Of a stretch of DNA of 64,000 nt, positions 40,080 to 52,861 are shown in pieces. Below the pieces are notes generated by a model. That model did not search any database. It had not been told where the DNA came from and saw only the letters and a list, made by a program, of their open reading frames with translations. The DNA is from Oopsacas minuta (lineage: Eukaryota > Animalia > Porifera). The stretch lies in contig JAKMXF010000342.1 in assembly GCA_024704765.1 (NCBI GenBank), positions 1 through 64,000 of the forward strand, written 5' to 3'. Both the position numbers and the translations under genes were made by a program. The first letter of the stretch is position 1; each line of letters begins with the position of its first letter.

Positions 40080-42314
40080 CACTGTCCAACAAATTTTCAT
40101 CATTTTTTGCTTCTGGAATACACTGTAGTGTTTCTGATGTATTCAAGCACCCTGATTCCAAATATCCAATCAGTTTTTCTCTATCAGGCAAGGACTTTGA
40201 AAAATTCAATAATTTGGTTATATCATTTCCCCAGTGTATTCCTATTAATATATCTCTTTAGTTTGGCTAATCAAATGCATACTTATGATTTAATTACAAT
40301 GAAAATTGTCAATTGGTTTAGCATTTATTATACTAATTTAGAAATGCTTGGAATATGATTTTCTTTTGTATGTGGCATCAGGAATATCTCATTTTAGTGA
40401 CCAACAATAATCAGCCATCATGTTTGGATAGAATTTTCCATTGTAACGACTTACCATTGTGCTTATATCTTGATGAAATCTTTCGCCATGTTCATCACAC
40501 ACGGCACCTACATTTCCGGAAAGAATTGCAAATGTGAGTGAAGAAAGTGTATTTTTAGAGACATATTACATCCCATTGTTCTGAATGCATCAAGTAGTGT
40601 CACAACAATTTCTTCGTAAAGTGGTGATTTCTTAGTTCCCCAAAAGTTCTCATTTAAAGATTTGAATGAATTCCATGCTGCTTTCTCGACAGAATTTAGA
40701 CATGCTTCGAAGTTTAGATCCTTGAATAATTCTCTAATATGGGGACCTATAAATACCCCATCCTTGATTTTAACATCGCTGACCTTTGGAAATTTGTCCT
40801 TGAGGTATTTGAAACCTTCTCCTCCTTTATTGTATTTTACTATTGCCTTTACAAAGTTTTTCATCAAACCCAGTTTTATGTGTAGAGGTGGCAATAGAAT
40901 TTTCTCAGGATTTACTAAGGACTGACAACTTACACTATTTGTACCAGCAGTTAATTGATGTCGTAGTGGTCACTCCTTAACTATATAGTGGGATTGCCTT
41001 GCTCTACTATCCCACCACAGAGGAAGCAACAATATTTCGTGTATCCCGGTTGCATACCCAACAAAAGTCCAATTACCTTCAGATCACCACAGATGTGCCA
41101 ATTGTAAGAGTCATATCTGATCAGTTTCAATAAGATATCCATCTTCTCATGAGACTCCTTCATGTGTACTGAATGACCTATCGATATGGATGGTAATACA
41201 TTACCTTTGTGAAGTAAGACTGCCTTGAGGCTGTACTTAGAAGAATCAATGAAGAGATGCCACTCTGATGGTTCGTGTTGAACACCTAATAACTCCATCA
41301 CACGATCAACATTGTTACAATAACAAAGAGACCCCTGCATTTCAAAATGTACAGAGAAATCACTTTGACGGATCCTGAAAAATGAAACTTTAGTTTCCTC
41401 ATCCAATAAGTTCCAACCTTTCAATCTTGTTCCAAGCAATTCACTTTGATCTTTTGGCAAATTCAAGTCTCTAACCAAATCATTCAGCTCACTTTGATCA
41501 ATGATGTGGGGAAGTCTTGTTTTATCAGGTGGCATAGGTGGAGGTATAAATTCCTCATCATCTTGATCTAACATAGCATATTCAACAGTATCGTCATCAA
41601 AGGAAACTTTCTTAGGCTTAGGTACTTCGAATTCTGTAGAATGCTCAACAAGACGAATCGCAGTTGAAGATTGGGATAACATATATTCTTTTTGGTCTTA
41701 GAAGTGATTCCTATTATATCAGTCAAACAGGAATAACAATCAGTATAATGATCTCTTGGTTCCCTCCATATCATGGGAATAGCAAATTGCATTGAAGTAC
41801 GTGGGCCATTTAGCCATTTAATAAGTCCTATTGCACATTTTGAGCAACAAAAATGAGGTACACAAGCCTTATCTTGATCACCAATCTCGCAACCGAAATA
41901 TTGCTCAAATCACTTGAGTACAAGGGGAGACATGTCTCTCAGCTGAAATTTTGTAGTAAATTCCACACAAATATAACTGAAAGAATCGGTTGGGTTTGAA
42001 CATCGACGAGACATTATTGGAAAGAAAGAAATACAAATACAATCAGATAATCTCCTCTTGAAAGAGCAAATAATATTTTACATATTAAGAAAATTTGAAT
42101 TCTTATACAATATCTACGGAAGGTATTAATACATATACAAAAATACATTCTATAGAGATCTATGGAAACATGATTTTAGAAATTTCTGAATTTTAAAAAA
42201 TCTCTCCCTGTTAGAGAAAAACTGATTGAATATTTGGAATCAGGATACTTGAATACATAAGAAACACTAATTGTATTCCAGAAGCAAAAAATGATGAAAG
42301 TTTGTTGGACAGTG
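40080..42314 (-). mobile_element. Chapaev3-like (CMC superfamily) transposon, 2235 bp
   Basis: CAC...GTG termini, ~128-bp imperfect TIRs beginning CACTGTCCAACAAA, perfect 3-bp TSD TTA (40077-79, 42315-17). Confidence 0.88.
40338..42014 (-). pseudogene. Chapaev3-like transposase, broken by stops and frameshifts
   Basis: MSRRC..F.YIC, GDQDKACVPHFCC, IPMIWREPRDHYTDCYSC, YSLKAVLLH, ICGDLKVI.LLLGMQPGYTKYCCFLC, PPLHIKLGLMKNFVKA, MSLKIHFLHSHL, DEHGERFHQDI, MMADYCW. Confidence 0.88.
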
Positions 42315-44399
42315 TTATAGAAGGTATGTCTCAAACGATGGTTCCTCATGCTCTGAAGATTAGTTTACGAACAATACAGCGTTGGTGGGCACTTTCTAGA
42401 AGTGGCATATCGTCGAGAAACAAGCCTGGACGTGGTCGAAAAAATCCCATCTTCAAAGCAGCGAAAATCATAATTGCTTAATCGCTATCCAAACATCAAA
42501 AATCAACTAGGATATTGACCAAGAATTTGAAAAGGAGAGGAATAGTAGCATTTTCTCACGTTACTGTATTGAATTATTTGAAAAGTTTGAATGTTACTCC
42601 ATATAAACCACAAAAACTGCCAAAGTAAACCGATTCTCAAAAGAAAGCCCGTGTAAATTCTGCAAAGAGAGGAAGCACTGGAGTGTGGAAGAATGGAGAC
42701 GAATATTATTTTCAGGTGAATCGCCATTTCAACTTTATCATACTCCGAATCGGCAAATAACCGAGTATGGGCTCGGAAACGAGCAACTATACCTCCGGTA
42801 GAGACTGTGAAGTACCCTCTGAAAGTATATGTGTGGGGTATGATGTCCTGCTCTGCCTTATCAGTATTGCACTTTATTCCACGAGGTAAGACCGTAAATA
42901 CAGAATATTACGTAGAGGAAGTTTTGAAGAAAGCTTCGGTACCTACACTTAAAAGAAAAAGGAAAAATGGACCCATTTATATACGAAAAATGATGAAAAA
43001 CATATCCAAGGCTATTTTCCAACAAGATGGGGCGCCGGCTCATACCTCTAAAAAGAACCCAAGAGTGGTGTTTGATGAACCTTAAATGTTTTGGGCCTAA
43101 AGAAGTATGGCCTGCGAATTCGCCGGAGTTGCATCCTAAGAAAATCTGTGGGCAATACTCCAAAGTCAACTAGATTCAATGCCCCCCGCAATAAATAAAG
43201 ATAGTTTAAAAAATAATCACAAACTGGAATGGTCTCAGGTAACGGAGGATGTTTTGGCCAATCCTATAGCTTCAAGGCCAAATAGGATAAAATTATGTAT
43301 TGCTAACAATGGCGGTTATATAGGAAAGTAAGGAACACATTACTACACTACAAGAATATGTTCTATTTGTCCATTCTATAATACGACATCAATTGTTTGA
43401 CACCCTGCATATTTTACGACACTTAGGGGAATCAAGATTTACAAATTGGATTCTTACTAGGGTTATATGCAACCCCAGCTATTCCTAATAACCTTAGGGA
43501 GTAATAATGATTTTCGATGCATCTCATCCATTTGGACAGTGGGTCTAAATGTGAGCTCCGCGACCACCTAAGCGGCCCGTGACCCTAAAAAGCTTCCAAT
43601 ATATTTAATGACAGGGGGTCAGAGGGAGAAAAATGGTTGAGAACAACTCCAATAGGGTGATTACATGTCGTTACTGGTAACGATTGTATCATGTGTAGAA
43701 TGTTTAAGTAATCAAAATTCATTTTTTCAAGCAAATTGAAGAATAAGATTTCTCCAACGTATTGAAATGAGGAAGAGACAAGCAAGGGATTAATGAAGAT
43801 AATTGTAACAGGTTAAATTTAGTGTGTCATAATTTAGTAACAAAATTGGTGCAGGTCTGAACACTGGTCAGGTTAGTATATATATCGCAGCCTGAGACAG
43901 GCAAATCTGAAGCTGACAACTACTATATTGCAGCTTATTAACTTTTGGACAATAGTGAAAATCGTTATAAGAATTACTATGGATTTTATCTGGAACTTGT
44001 TGGATGTGATCTCGGGCATACACCACACCATGATCCTTTGACTAAGAATCTCTCTTGTTTTATCAGAAGGTAAAAAAGCGATCTCATCTAGTAAGATTTG
44101 GCGAGACTCACTTAAGGAAATTTCACCTGCATAGAATGATTTATGGAGAAATTGTTACTAACATGGATGTAATAAACTATAATAAATTTGTTATCTAGAG
44201 TAGTGAGGAGCATAAATATCAGAGTATGTGGATAAAGATACCACAGTTTTAGAAATATGTAGAAGTAATGGTAAAATAGCTTGCATATCCTAGAATATGA
44301 TGAAAAGAAAGATCTTAGTTTCTTCAGTATTTTGATATCAGAATCAGATTCATATCTTGTGAGAGGGGTTGATCATTCGTTCGAGAAGAGACTCTACAC

Positions 44400-44800
44400 A
44401 GAATCATGATAGAATGTGAGATATATGTATTACACTCGGAATCCAGGTAAATAGACGTACAGCACCATGTTCGGCTTTCGATACTTGCGAGGAACATCAA
44501 CAAGTGCCATTTCCAATTGCTACTCTAGTAAGTGCATACTCAAGGTCCCTCTCCTTGGATTGATTTGAACACAATTAAACAGTTTAGAGATTAGTAACAT
44601 ATTCCTGGTGGAGATCCCGAAACAAATAGTTCCTGAGTTCAACTGGATTGTGTGGCATTGTAGATCCAGAAAATGTTGCAAATTGTCATACACCGGGCAG
44701 ACCAGGGACTGGGCATTGTATGAGCAGAAATGAATGTAGCTGGAAATATAAGCAAAAGATTCCAGGTACAATGAAAATTTCTCAGTACATTCGAACCCTT
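44400..44800 (-). pseudogene. LINE endonuclease relic
   Basis: HFCSYNAQSLV..VYDNLQHFL resembles the APE start (+.+YNARSL..K.D.L..+L), followed by RRG and a YRKP-like motif. Confidence 0.4.
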
Positions 44801-45584
44801 CGTATCCAGATCTCCGAGATACGCGAACCTCAATCAACCGTTGTCCCAAAGGGATTAGATTGAATTTGACCAATTTCAATAAATATTGCATTTAATAAGG
44901 TTGTTTTCCTTGTACTTCATATAGAACACGTTTCTTTGAAAATACGAATCGTTAAAACATCGATATTAGTCAATTCAAATGCATAAGAGAGGATTGAAAA
45001 TAATTACCAATCTTGGGTCATGAAGAAAAATGTACAATATAGAGTTAAAACAAGCTAATGCAGGAGTCAAAATGGCCAAACACAAAAATAATACATCCGT
45101 AAAATTCTCGGTAAAATGATATATACAACATAAATTACAATTTGCCTGGAAGTGCCCCCTCACCAAATATAGTAATATGTATTAGTGCCAAATAATTTGT
45201 CGAGCATTGTATCAATAATAATACTTAATATTAAGCAAAATGATTTAATACTGTTAAAAACCCGTTATATCAAAGTGCTCGGGACATCAATTTCATTTCG
45301 TTATAAGCTGAATTTCGTTGGAACTGGAGTAAGACAAAATATTTTCAAGCTATATGGGGTAAAGGATCAATTAGTAAAAACGGGAGGGTGAGTTGTGCAG
45401 GTGTCGCGAAATTGAACATGCGGTGTGGGATTAGAGAGCTCAAAAATAAATAGGTAGCACAATACCTGGTGTAAATGCCAAAACTGGTGGGACATTTGTA
45501 CTACACTGTCTAAGACCAGACTGCTAATAAAAACGGGATTACATTAAGCGTCCTTGACTTTAATGCATTCAAACTGTCAAGCTG

Positions 45585-45655
45585 AGGCTCCGCGGACCGT
45601 ATTGATGGGTCCCGTGGGTCTCATATGGCCTGTGGGCCGCGTATGGCCAATCCTG
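45585..45655 (-). mobile_element. One end of a Buster-type hAT MITE
   Basis: Reverse complement reads CAGGATTGGCCATACGCGGCCCAC, similar to the left end of the 58858 MITE; flank TCTTAGTA has central TA. Partner end not found. Confidence 0.4.
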
Positions 45656-45728
45656 TCTTAGTATATAGAATATCAGGACAAGCCAATCAGGTAATACATA
45701 TTTGAGGAAAGTTGATAAAAGTAGTTAC

Positions 45729-45955
45729 CGTGTAGCCATGTGACATTTATTTCTTCGGTACGCTAATTTACAATTCTCTTCATCTTCAAATAAAACTAGT
45801 GCCTCACCAGTCTTTTGACCACGTTTGGACAATAGAATAAGTATACCACCAGAACATATGTTTAATCCTGAAAAGAACTTTGAAATATCATTACAGGTAG
45901 CTTCGTAGGGCATGCCACGAATCTTTAAGACATTAGCATCTTGAAGAAACTTGAA
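45729..45955 (-). CDS. ESRP: Internal exon (227 bp) encoding a quasi-RRM of an ESRP/Fusilli-like (hnRNP F/H family) splicing regulator
   Basis: Translation FKFLQDANVLKIRGMPYEATCNDISKFFSGLNICSGGILILLSKRGQKTGEALVLFEDEENCKLAYRRNKCHMATR matches ESRP RRM1 as recalled (RGLPW..DI.RFF.GLNI..GG..GEALV.F..EE...LAL.RHKHHMGTR). Acceptor CTTTGCCTTCTTCAG, donor CG|GTAACT inside the Arg codon before the expected YIE motif. Confidence 0.8.
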
Positions 45956-47985
45956 CTGAAGAAGGCAAAGTGAGCATCAATTGGATAAAGCATAGCCTTC
46001 TCAAACTAAGGTCTACCATCAACCACGAATTATATGTCTAGGGATATATTAGTGTACCGAGATATAAACCGACCTAGGAAGAAATAATTATTTGGAGAAA
46101 ATTTCGCAATCTTTAATGATATTTTGAGCTATCGAATGGTATATTCAAAACATAATATACAAAATGATCTAAAGGTCCTTTTGTAAAGATAGAAATATGC
46201 AATGATAAATTCCGCACGTGATTAAGTTCAGTAGTGAAGAACATAGATTGCTAATTTTTGGCAATATCCCAAATATATAGCATATCAAAATGTATAAAAA
46301 CAAATGGAAAATAGGGTATATACTATAAATGAGTTAGGTTATATTATTCAGGGTTTCCAACACACAATGGATAGTAGCCATCCATGCTCACTTCAGTAAG
46401 ACATGAACGTGCCGAAATTCTCAAAAATTTTTCTATATGTTACACAAGGGAATATCTAGATCATTTCGTATAAAAAATTTAGAATCAAAGATGCGATAGT
46501 TAATTCTGCATTACATCAAAGACTGCTTTCTCTAAAGAATTATACCTTCAAATAAAATGATTGGTAATTGTTGAAAAATATGTTGCTTTGATGGTTAGTA
46601 GACATGAAATATACCATATGTCACTCATACATTCACTTGGGGTATTTAGATGCACTATTGTTATGCTGAGAGAATCATTCCATAAACTAAGATAATATTT
46701 CCGTAGACTAACATGTCCCTGGTACATCTGATGGTAGTCATTATAGTGAAAAGGCATTGAATAATATATAAATAAAGTCAAATGGGTACAAATATGAGAA
46801 CAAAATATATAAACAGTATAATTCCAGAGGTTAAAGCAGAGATAGAAACTTAGATAGATTGATATGAATGTGAATTTTTGGGTTGAATCTATATAATCGC
46901 ATGAATTTTTAGTATTCGTTTGTGAAAATGTTTAGCAAATGAATTGTTATTGAAGAAGAGAGAATTGAAATCTAGGACGGAATTTGGTCAAGCATGTAAA
47001 GAAGTTGAGGGAGAATCTCTAATGAGAGGTTGAAACAAAAAAATCAAGATTTTAAAAGTGGTACAATATTTATGATTTAGAATCTAAATCCATTATTGAA
47101 TATAGGATTCGCAGGTTTTGTTTCGATAGATTTCGACGCTTTGTGTTACCAAAAAGGGCATACAAATTGATAAGTACTATATTTCAATTTTCCAAAAGGT
47201 TGTTAAATAAAACTAAAAAATGTAGGAAAAATTAACCAACACTATCTCTGATGGATTAAACATTATGGGACTTTGGGGGAAGCAGTGTAATAGGTTGGAT
47301 TCTCCATATATAATTATACATTTCATAACACAAATGGAAGACTACTGTGCATTGTCATGTTAGTAACTTAGAACATATCATTGAACTATAATTGAAGAAT
47401 GGGACAACAAATAATTGAACATTATTATGGTACAAATCCATCAAAAGCTATGTTCTTCATATAAATATGCTGTAAATACCCGCAATGAGAAATTTGCATT
47501 AAGGTTTATCTGAGATGCCATTACATGATGATCCAATAATTTCATCTAGGACTACTCATTCTTCTATGATAGTGAGCGTAATATCCGATCTTGAACATCG
47601 GTTCTGCATGGTTTGAAATATGGGGCATTACAAATTAATATAGCCAATATGCTAAAAGATAACGGTACTTCGATCTGAAAATGTTCTTAAATTTGGCAAT
47701 TGTGAATCGGTACACATCAATAATACATGTTTTCTGAGGCAAAGAAAATTTCGTTCGAGATAACAAAAATCTGAGGTAACGGGAATTCGAGAAAGAGAAG
47801 TTAATTATATATATAACAAATAAGATTCAATATAAATTGGGGTACGAGTGGCGAAATGGAAATTATTCAAGTTGTATTAAAGAGATACCTAAATATGTAT
47901 TCTCCAGAAATATTCTAGAAAATCGAACAACAATCAAAAAGATATAGAGCTGCATAGTTGTACGAACCACAAAATACGGTATAAC

Positions 47986-48714
47986 TGTTGCAGTGTATTA
48001 GAGAATTCGTGTGTACGCGTAGACACGAACCTGTCGGATCTCGGGATACCACGATGAACCACAAGAGTATTAGGAATCTCATTTACATGTGGGTCGTGAA
48101 ATGTTGACTCCCTCTAGGGAAGATATTATAATGCAATAAATCGTCATGAATAGTTACAGCTGAAGTTGGTTGGTCCTGAGTGCCCAAAATTAGCATAGTG
48201 TGTGAGACATCAATTGAAGCAATTTTCATGAATTGTCAGATCAAAGTCCAATACCAAAAGTAGACATCGATTCCAAAGGCCTAATACAACAACAAAGACA
48301 TAGTTAGACACCAAGATAATATCATGCAGTAAGCATGACACTAATCCAAGGTAAAATTTTTTACTATCGTTCAAATAGTGAACAAAATGCACATATTCTT
48401 CCTTTAGAAGCAATATATGTAAACATGCTAACTATTCATTATGAAAAATGCTAATAATTGATATTGCGCATGTTTGGCGCACCTTGTGCAACTTATAGTC
48501 AACCAGGATCCAATAAGTTCAGGAGTATATGCAATGGACAAGGACCATTGAAAAAGGAGATAATACAAACACCTTCCCTGAGAGTCAAACACAATTTAAT
48601 CACACAATTGCATATGAGTACAAAATAGACTAGAGATTTAACGCGTGTACACGAACACAAAAGATAAATTCAGTGTTTACGCGTATACACGAAATTCTCT
48701 AATATACTGCAACA
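47986..48714. mobile_element. Non-autonomous TIR element with TGT...ACA ends, Ginger-like, 729 bp
   Basis: ~45-bp imperfect TIRs TGTTGCAGTGTATTAGAGAATTCGTGTGTACGCGTA / reverse TGTTGCAGTATATTAGAGAATTTCGTGTATACGCGTA; 4-bp TSD TAAC (47982-85, 48715-18); no long ORF. Confidence 0.7.
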
Positions 48715-49354
48715 TAACCATCTTAAATGGCACTTTTCAGATTTGCTCCAATATAATATGATTCGTCCGCATAGATCGTATATGTACTTGATTCAAAGAA
48801 ACAATTATCGAAAAAGTATTTCTGTAGTAATAAACTTTCAAACAGGAAAGCGTTTGGCTAATGATTAGATCATCTGATTGATGGGGTTTCTTGATTCTTA
48901 TTTGGTGAATATTTGAGGTAGAAAGCTGATTTTCGGATATGTAGTACCAAAGCCTGCTATACCTAAAGTCTAGCAACAACTTGTTAATTTTGGACTAGGG
49001 TTACGATGGCCGATGGAACAAAATGTATGTGAGATATATATTGCAGAAATTCTTTGCACAAGTAAATGCATTACATACGTAGTTGCAGAACAACAAATTA
49101 TCAAATATTATATGCTAAAATATATAAGAAATGTGCCAAGAAATGTGCCTACCAAGCATTTATTTGGTAGAATAAGTTATTTTTTGATTCATTGTTATTT
49201 TGAAAGATAATAAATGAAATGATCCATAAAACCTTGTACACCAAACATAAAATTTTGAAATTCAAGAGTCTGCTCGTTCTAGAGTTAACAAATTATATAA
49301 ATATTCAATTATTGTTTGTATTTCAGGATTGATCGAAGAAACTATATGACTCAC

Positions 49355-49411
49355 AGAGGGTGATATTTGGCAGACAGGGGGACTTTGAGCCTGCCTAGGG
49401 CGAGTTTGAGT
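49355..49411 (-). CDS. Candidate 57-nt phase-0 exon (TQTRPRQAQSPPVCQISPS)
   Basis: Acceptor GCTTTTTGTCCAAG, donor GTGAGT, GC-richer than its flanks, phase compatible with the RRM exon. No homology recognised. Confidence 0.25.
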
Positions 49412-49564
49412 CTTGGACAAAAAGCATCGCAAATAATGAAAGTAGGAAGGCATTGTCACATATTTGGATCTTCGAACAATGATATTATTTGCTACTGCTC
49501 GGAGAATATATATGATAGATGTTTGAATTATAAAACAATACCCCTTAATATATCCAATGTATTG

Positions 49565-49720
49565 ACATCATCACTTTGACAAATTGCAAACTCGTGATGA
49601 AATCATTACGTCACCAGGCCTGAAAAATATCAAAATTCTGCAATTTCGAGAATTTCAAAATACTTGAGGCATGTGCGCGAAGATTTGAAAAAATGTAACC
49701 TAGCACCTCTAGTACTCCCA
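49565..49720 (+). repeat. Old dispersed repeat family B (also ~59240-59400 + and ~12000-12110 -)
   Basis: Shared blocks GCAAAC.C.T.ATGA.ATCA.TACGTCA, AAAA.TATCAAAA.TC..C.ATTTCG and terminal AGCACCTCTAG / ATCACCTCCAG. Confidence 0.5.
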
Positions 49721-49829
49721 CAGAAGGTCATTCAATTGAATGTGGGTGGATAGAAAAAAGTAATTTTGAGGCACGTAGTGACAAGTATATCTGGTGCCGT
49801 TACGATGATAACCATCAAGAAATCTGGTT

Positions 49830-50250
49830 GTTGAATACTTAGGCTAAACTGAGGTACGAAACTGTCGCGCTGCGACCTAGTAATAATTCTGACAGGATAA
49901 TCTCTATAATTATTATCAAATCAGGGTAGCCAATATGTAGTAAATACCCGAAAAAACCCTGATACTACCCTTTGATCCGATAACTCCCAACAATGTGTAC
50001 TATCTGAGAATGAATTACATAAAAATAGTTATTATTAACTTTGCTGAATATGTAGCAGATACATCAAATCAAAATGTATTATCAGGGTACGGGAAATGGG
50101 TATCTACCACAAACTAGCTATTTTGATTTGATAATAATTATAAAGATTATCGAGTTGGAATTATTATTTATAAAATTAGCGGGGTTCAATTGATAGGTCC
50201 AGCGTGACAGTTTAGAGCTCTAGGTTAGCTTAAATAATAATTATACACAG
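49830..50250. repeat. Foldback/MITE-like element with long imperfect inverted arms
   Basis: Paired blocks ACTGTCGCGCTG (49861) vs CAGCGTGACAGT (~50200-50211), GATAATCTCTATAATTATTATCAAATCA (49896) vs its inverse ending 50151, and ACCCTGATA vs TATCAGGGT. Confidence 0.65.
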
Positions 50251-50959
50251 CTAAATTACGTAGCAATGTTTATTGGCTGCGTTGTCTATAATATGCTTTT
50301 GAGTCAGTATGACATAAAACCATCCAATATTTACCCTTTTCATCTTTCTTTGAATTTGTTACAGTATATGAATATAACCTAAAAGTATATCTGAGTTATT
50401 CTGAATATATATATGTTTGTATGCTAGGGCTGATTGAAGAGACTGGAGGTTCCCCAGCGAGACTTTTGGTATATAGGGGTATTTTGGGCCTGGTTTCGGA
50501 CAAATTCGAGCCTTGGACGAAAATGCGCACCTATGGCGATATAATCACATCATTGTCACCTCTTACAAAGATGCGTTTATTCACTATAAATGTCTTTACA
50601 AGTGTATATGAAGATTACTAGCACTGAACTAATGCTAGAAATTTGTGAGCCCTATCACTCATAGCTATAATTATAACTTCTACAAACGGACACTTTTCCT
50701 CTAAAATAGGAATGCGTTCACATTTCATCCACATCAACAATATATTAATAATAATTATTCACTTCTGCCATTATATACAACTTTAAAGGATAAAAAGCAC
50801 TAAGAACATTGTTTAAACTCAGTTTATAGAGCAGCCCTTTTGGTTATACAAATTGCTTTTGCGAAACCACATGATAAGAAATCATGTATTTGACAATTGA
50901 AATGCATACTTTAGATATCACATTCCTATATACTCTAACCGAGCATAAATATTTCAACA

Positions 50960-51262
50960 TAACTAAATATACAATTACGCGAACATTTTGTGTTCGCAAG
51001 GGACTCGGCTCTTAAATTCATAAAAACAACAAATACATGTACATATGATTAACTCTCGAACGTGTGAAGTCGAATCAATATACTCGATTACTCTAATGTA
51101 ATTTGTACCTTTCATATATCGTGAACAGAAGGATATGTGATTCTCTACAATATTATGTTCGCAGATCATCTTCCCCTGTTATAGTAATACAAGTGAACAA
51201 ACAAACAAACAAACATACACACACGCTCAAAAATTGAGTTTTAATAATATATATATATATAT
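50960..51262. repeat. (AAAC)n/(CA)n/(TA)n microsatellite cluster, possibly the end of a non-autonomous Helitron-like repeat
   Basis: AACAAACAAACAAACAAACATACACACACG...TAATATATATATATAT at ~51197-51262. The layout resembles HINE/DINE-type repeats; no helicase sequence. Confidence 0.3.
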
Positions 51263-52861
51263 TGGCTATACGGCGAATATTTAAATATCTATACTATAAT
51301 ATACCTGAAAGAACTCTATGACTGTGTTAATTAACATTATCCTGACAAAATCCTGATTACTTTAAAAATTCGATATTTTACGGCCACACTTTGTTCATTA
51401 AATGGATAATGAGCTAGGTAAATATTCAATTGCAAATTACACAAAAGTCAAAGAGTTGGAACAATTCTGGTAGCATATTTGAATCCTAGGGGTCTGTATT
51501 ACCCCAGTAAGAATGTTTCAAAAAGTTTACAGAATATTATTGACTCATTAGCATTTATATTTGTTCCACAAGTAGCACATATCAAATATGTGTGCGCCAC
51601 TTCGTATATGAGTAGAGATGGTGTAATAATCTACTTATTTCCAACTATACACATATTTCCATGTCAGTTAAGAGAATTCTCACCAATGATTTTAATACTG
51701 TATACCAATCTGGTGCCAATATTCTAATGATGTTCTACCAATTGTGGCAAAATCATTAAATGCTCGTTCGTCAACGAGATATGCTCTGCCCAATTCAAAA
51801 TATTCATGTTTCAGACCCATATGATTCAAATCTGCCAACAAAAATTATTCCATCTCTTTCTAACTCTTTATGCAATTAGTAATTGTGTATTAACACTTTC
51901 ACATAGTCCTTTCAGGTATTATCGTATGGATATTCGAATATTAGTCATATAGCCAGGACTTCAAGTTGTATATTTAGCTATTTTCAAATACTTATGCTCG
52001 ATTAGTGTATATATGGATGGTTGATCATCTTGTATACTATTTAGATCGTTCTTTCCGTTAGAGGATACTGAAATAAATATTCAACTTTGAGCATAGTAAA
52101 CGGAGGAATATCTTTCGAGTTTTGGCCACTCAATATGGTTGAGCCACTAACTACTGTAGCATTGGGCCACAGGATCCCCAAAACCTACTTACTTTATACT
52201 AAGTTTTCGACAACTTCTCTGGAATATTTTATGAATAGTTGAACAGTGATGTACGCTGCTTCAAAGGCGGGGCACAACCGGTCTCCAGGAAAAAAATTAT
52301 TATTAATAATATAGCATTTGATGAAGTTAATTCTTTTTGAAATATTTAGACATTTGGTATATAGATTGCACCCATATGCAAATATTGGAAATGCATGAAT
52401 AAATAGTATTATGTAAAAGCAAGCAATTGCAAGGATGCAAAATAACCCTAGAAAATATGAACTCCCTGCGGCAAACAACCGTTTTCAACATTAAAAGGAA
52501 CTGAATTATATTATTAGTGAATATGAGGTCGATTATTACGGAACAACAGATACACTACCTATTGAGTTATAGCTTCAACGAAGGAAAAAATATCTAAAGC
52601 AAATAAACTACTCACATCTGGATATATGCATAAAATTGTCATACATTAAAAACACTGAGAACATGGTTTATCACAGTTGGTAACATGATTTCAGTTCGAA
52701 AATTAACTATTTGGGAAAGCGAATAAGGGGAATGGATATTTAAGCACAACGTGTACTAAGAGAAAAATTCTCGAAATATAACAGGTTGGGGTCAGACCAG
52801 ACCCCAATTTGACAATAATTCCATTGGCTAACGGGAGTCAATTCTGACACAACCTTTGTCT

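Larger units (their letters stand above)
39826..43407 (+). mobile_element. Tc1-like DD37E-type transposon (~1.34 kb) split by a Chapaev3 insertion
   Basis: TIRs CAGGGTGTTAAACAATTATGTCGTA (39826) / TACGACATCAATTGTTTGACACCCTG (ends 43407); flanks TA and CA. ORF starts at 40028 and resumes at ~42318; motifs PGRGRK, IFSGESPF, VWGMM, FQQDGAPAHTSK, WPANSPELHP.ENLW, with 37 residues D-to-E after correcting two frameshifts. Confidence 0.85.

Noticed and set aside
50421-50621. Minus-strand peptide ETRP...PPVSSISPS resembling the candidate exon at 49355-49411
   Set aside because: Short low-complexity match, no donor site, no DNA-level similarity.
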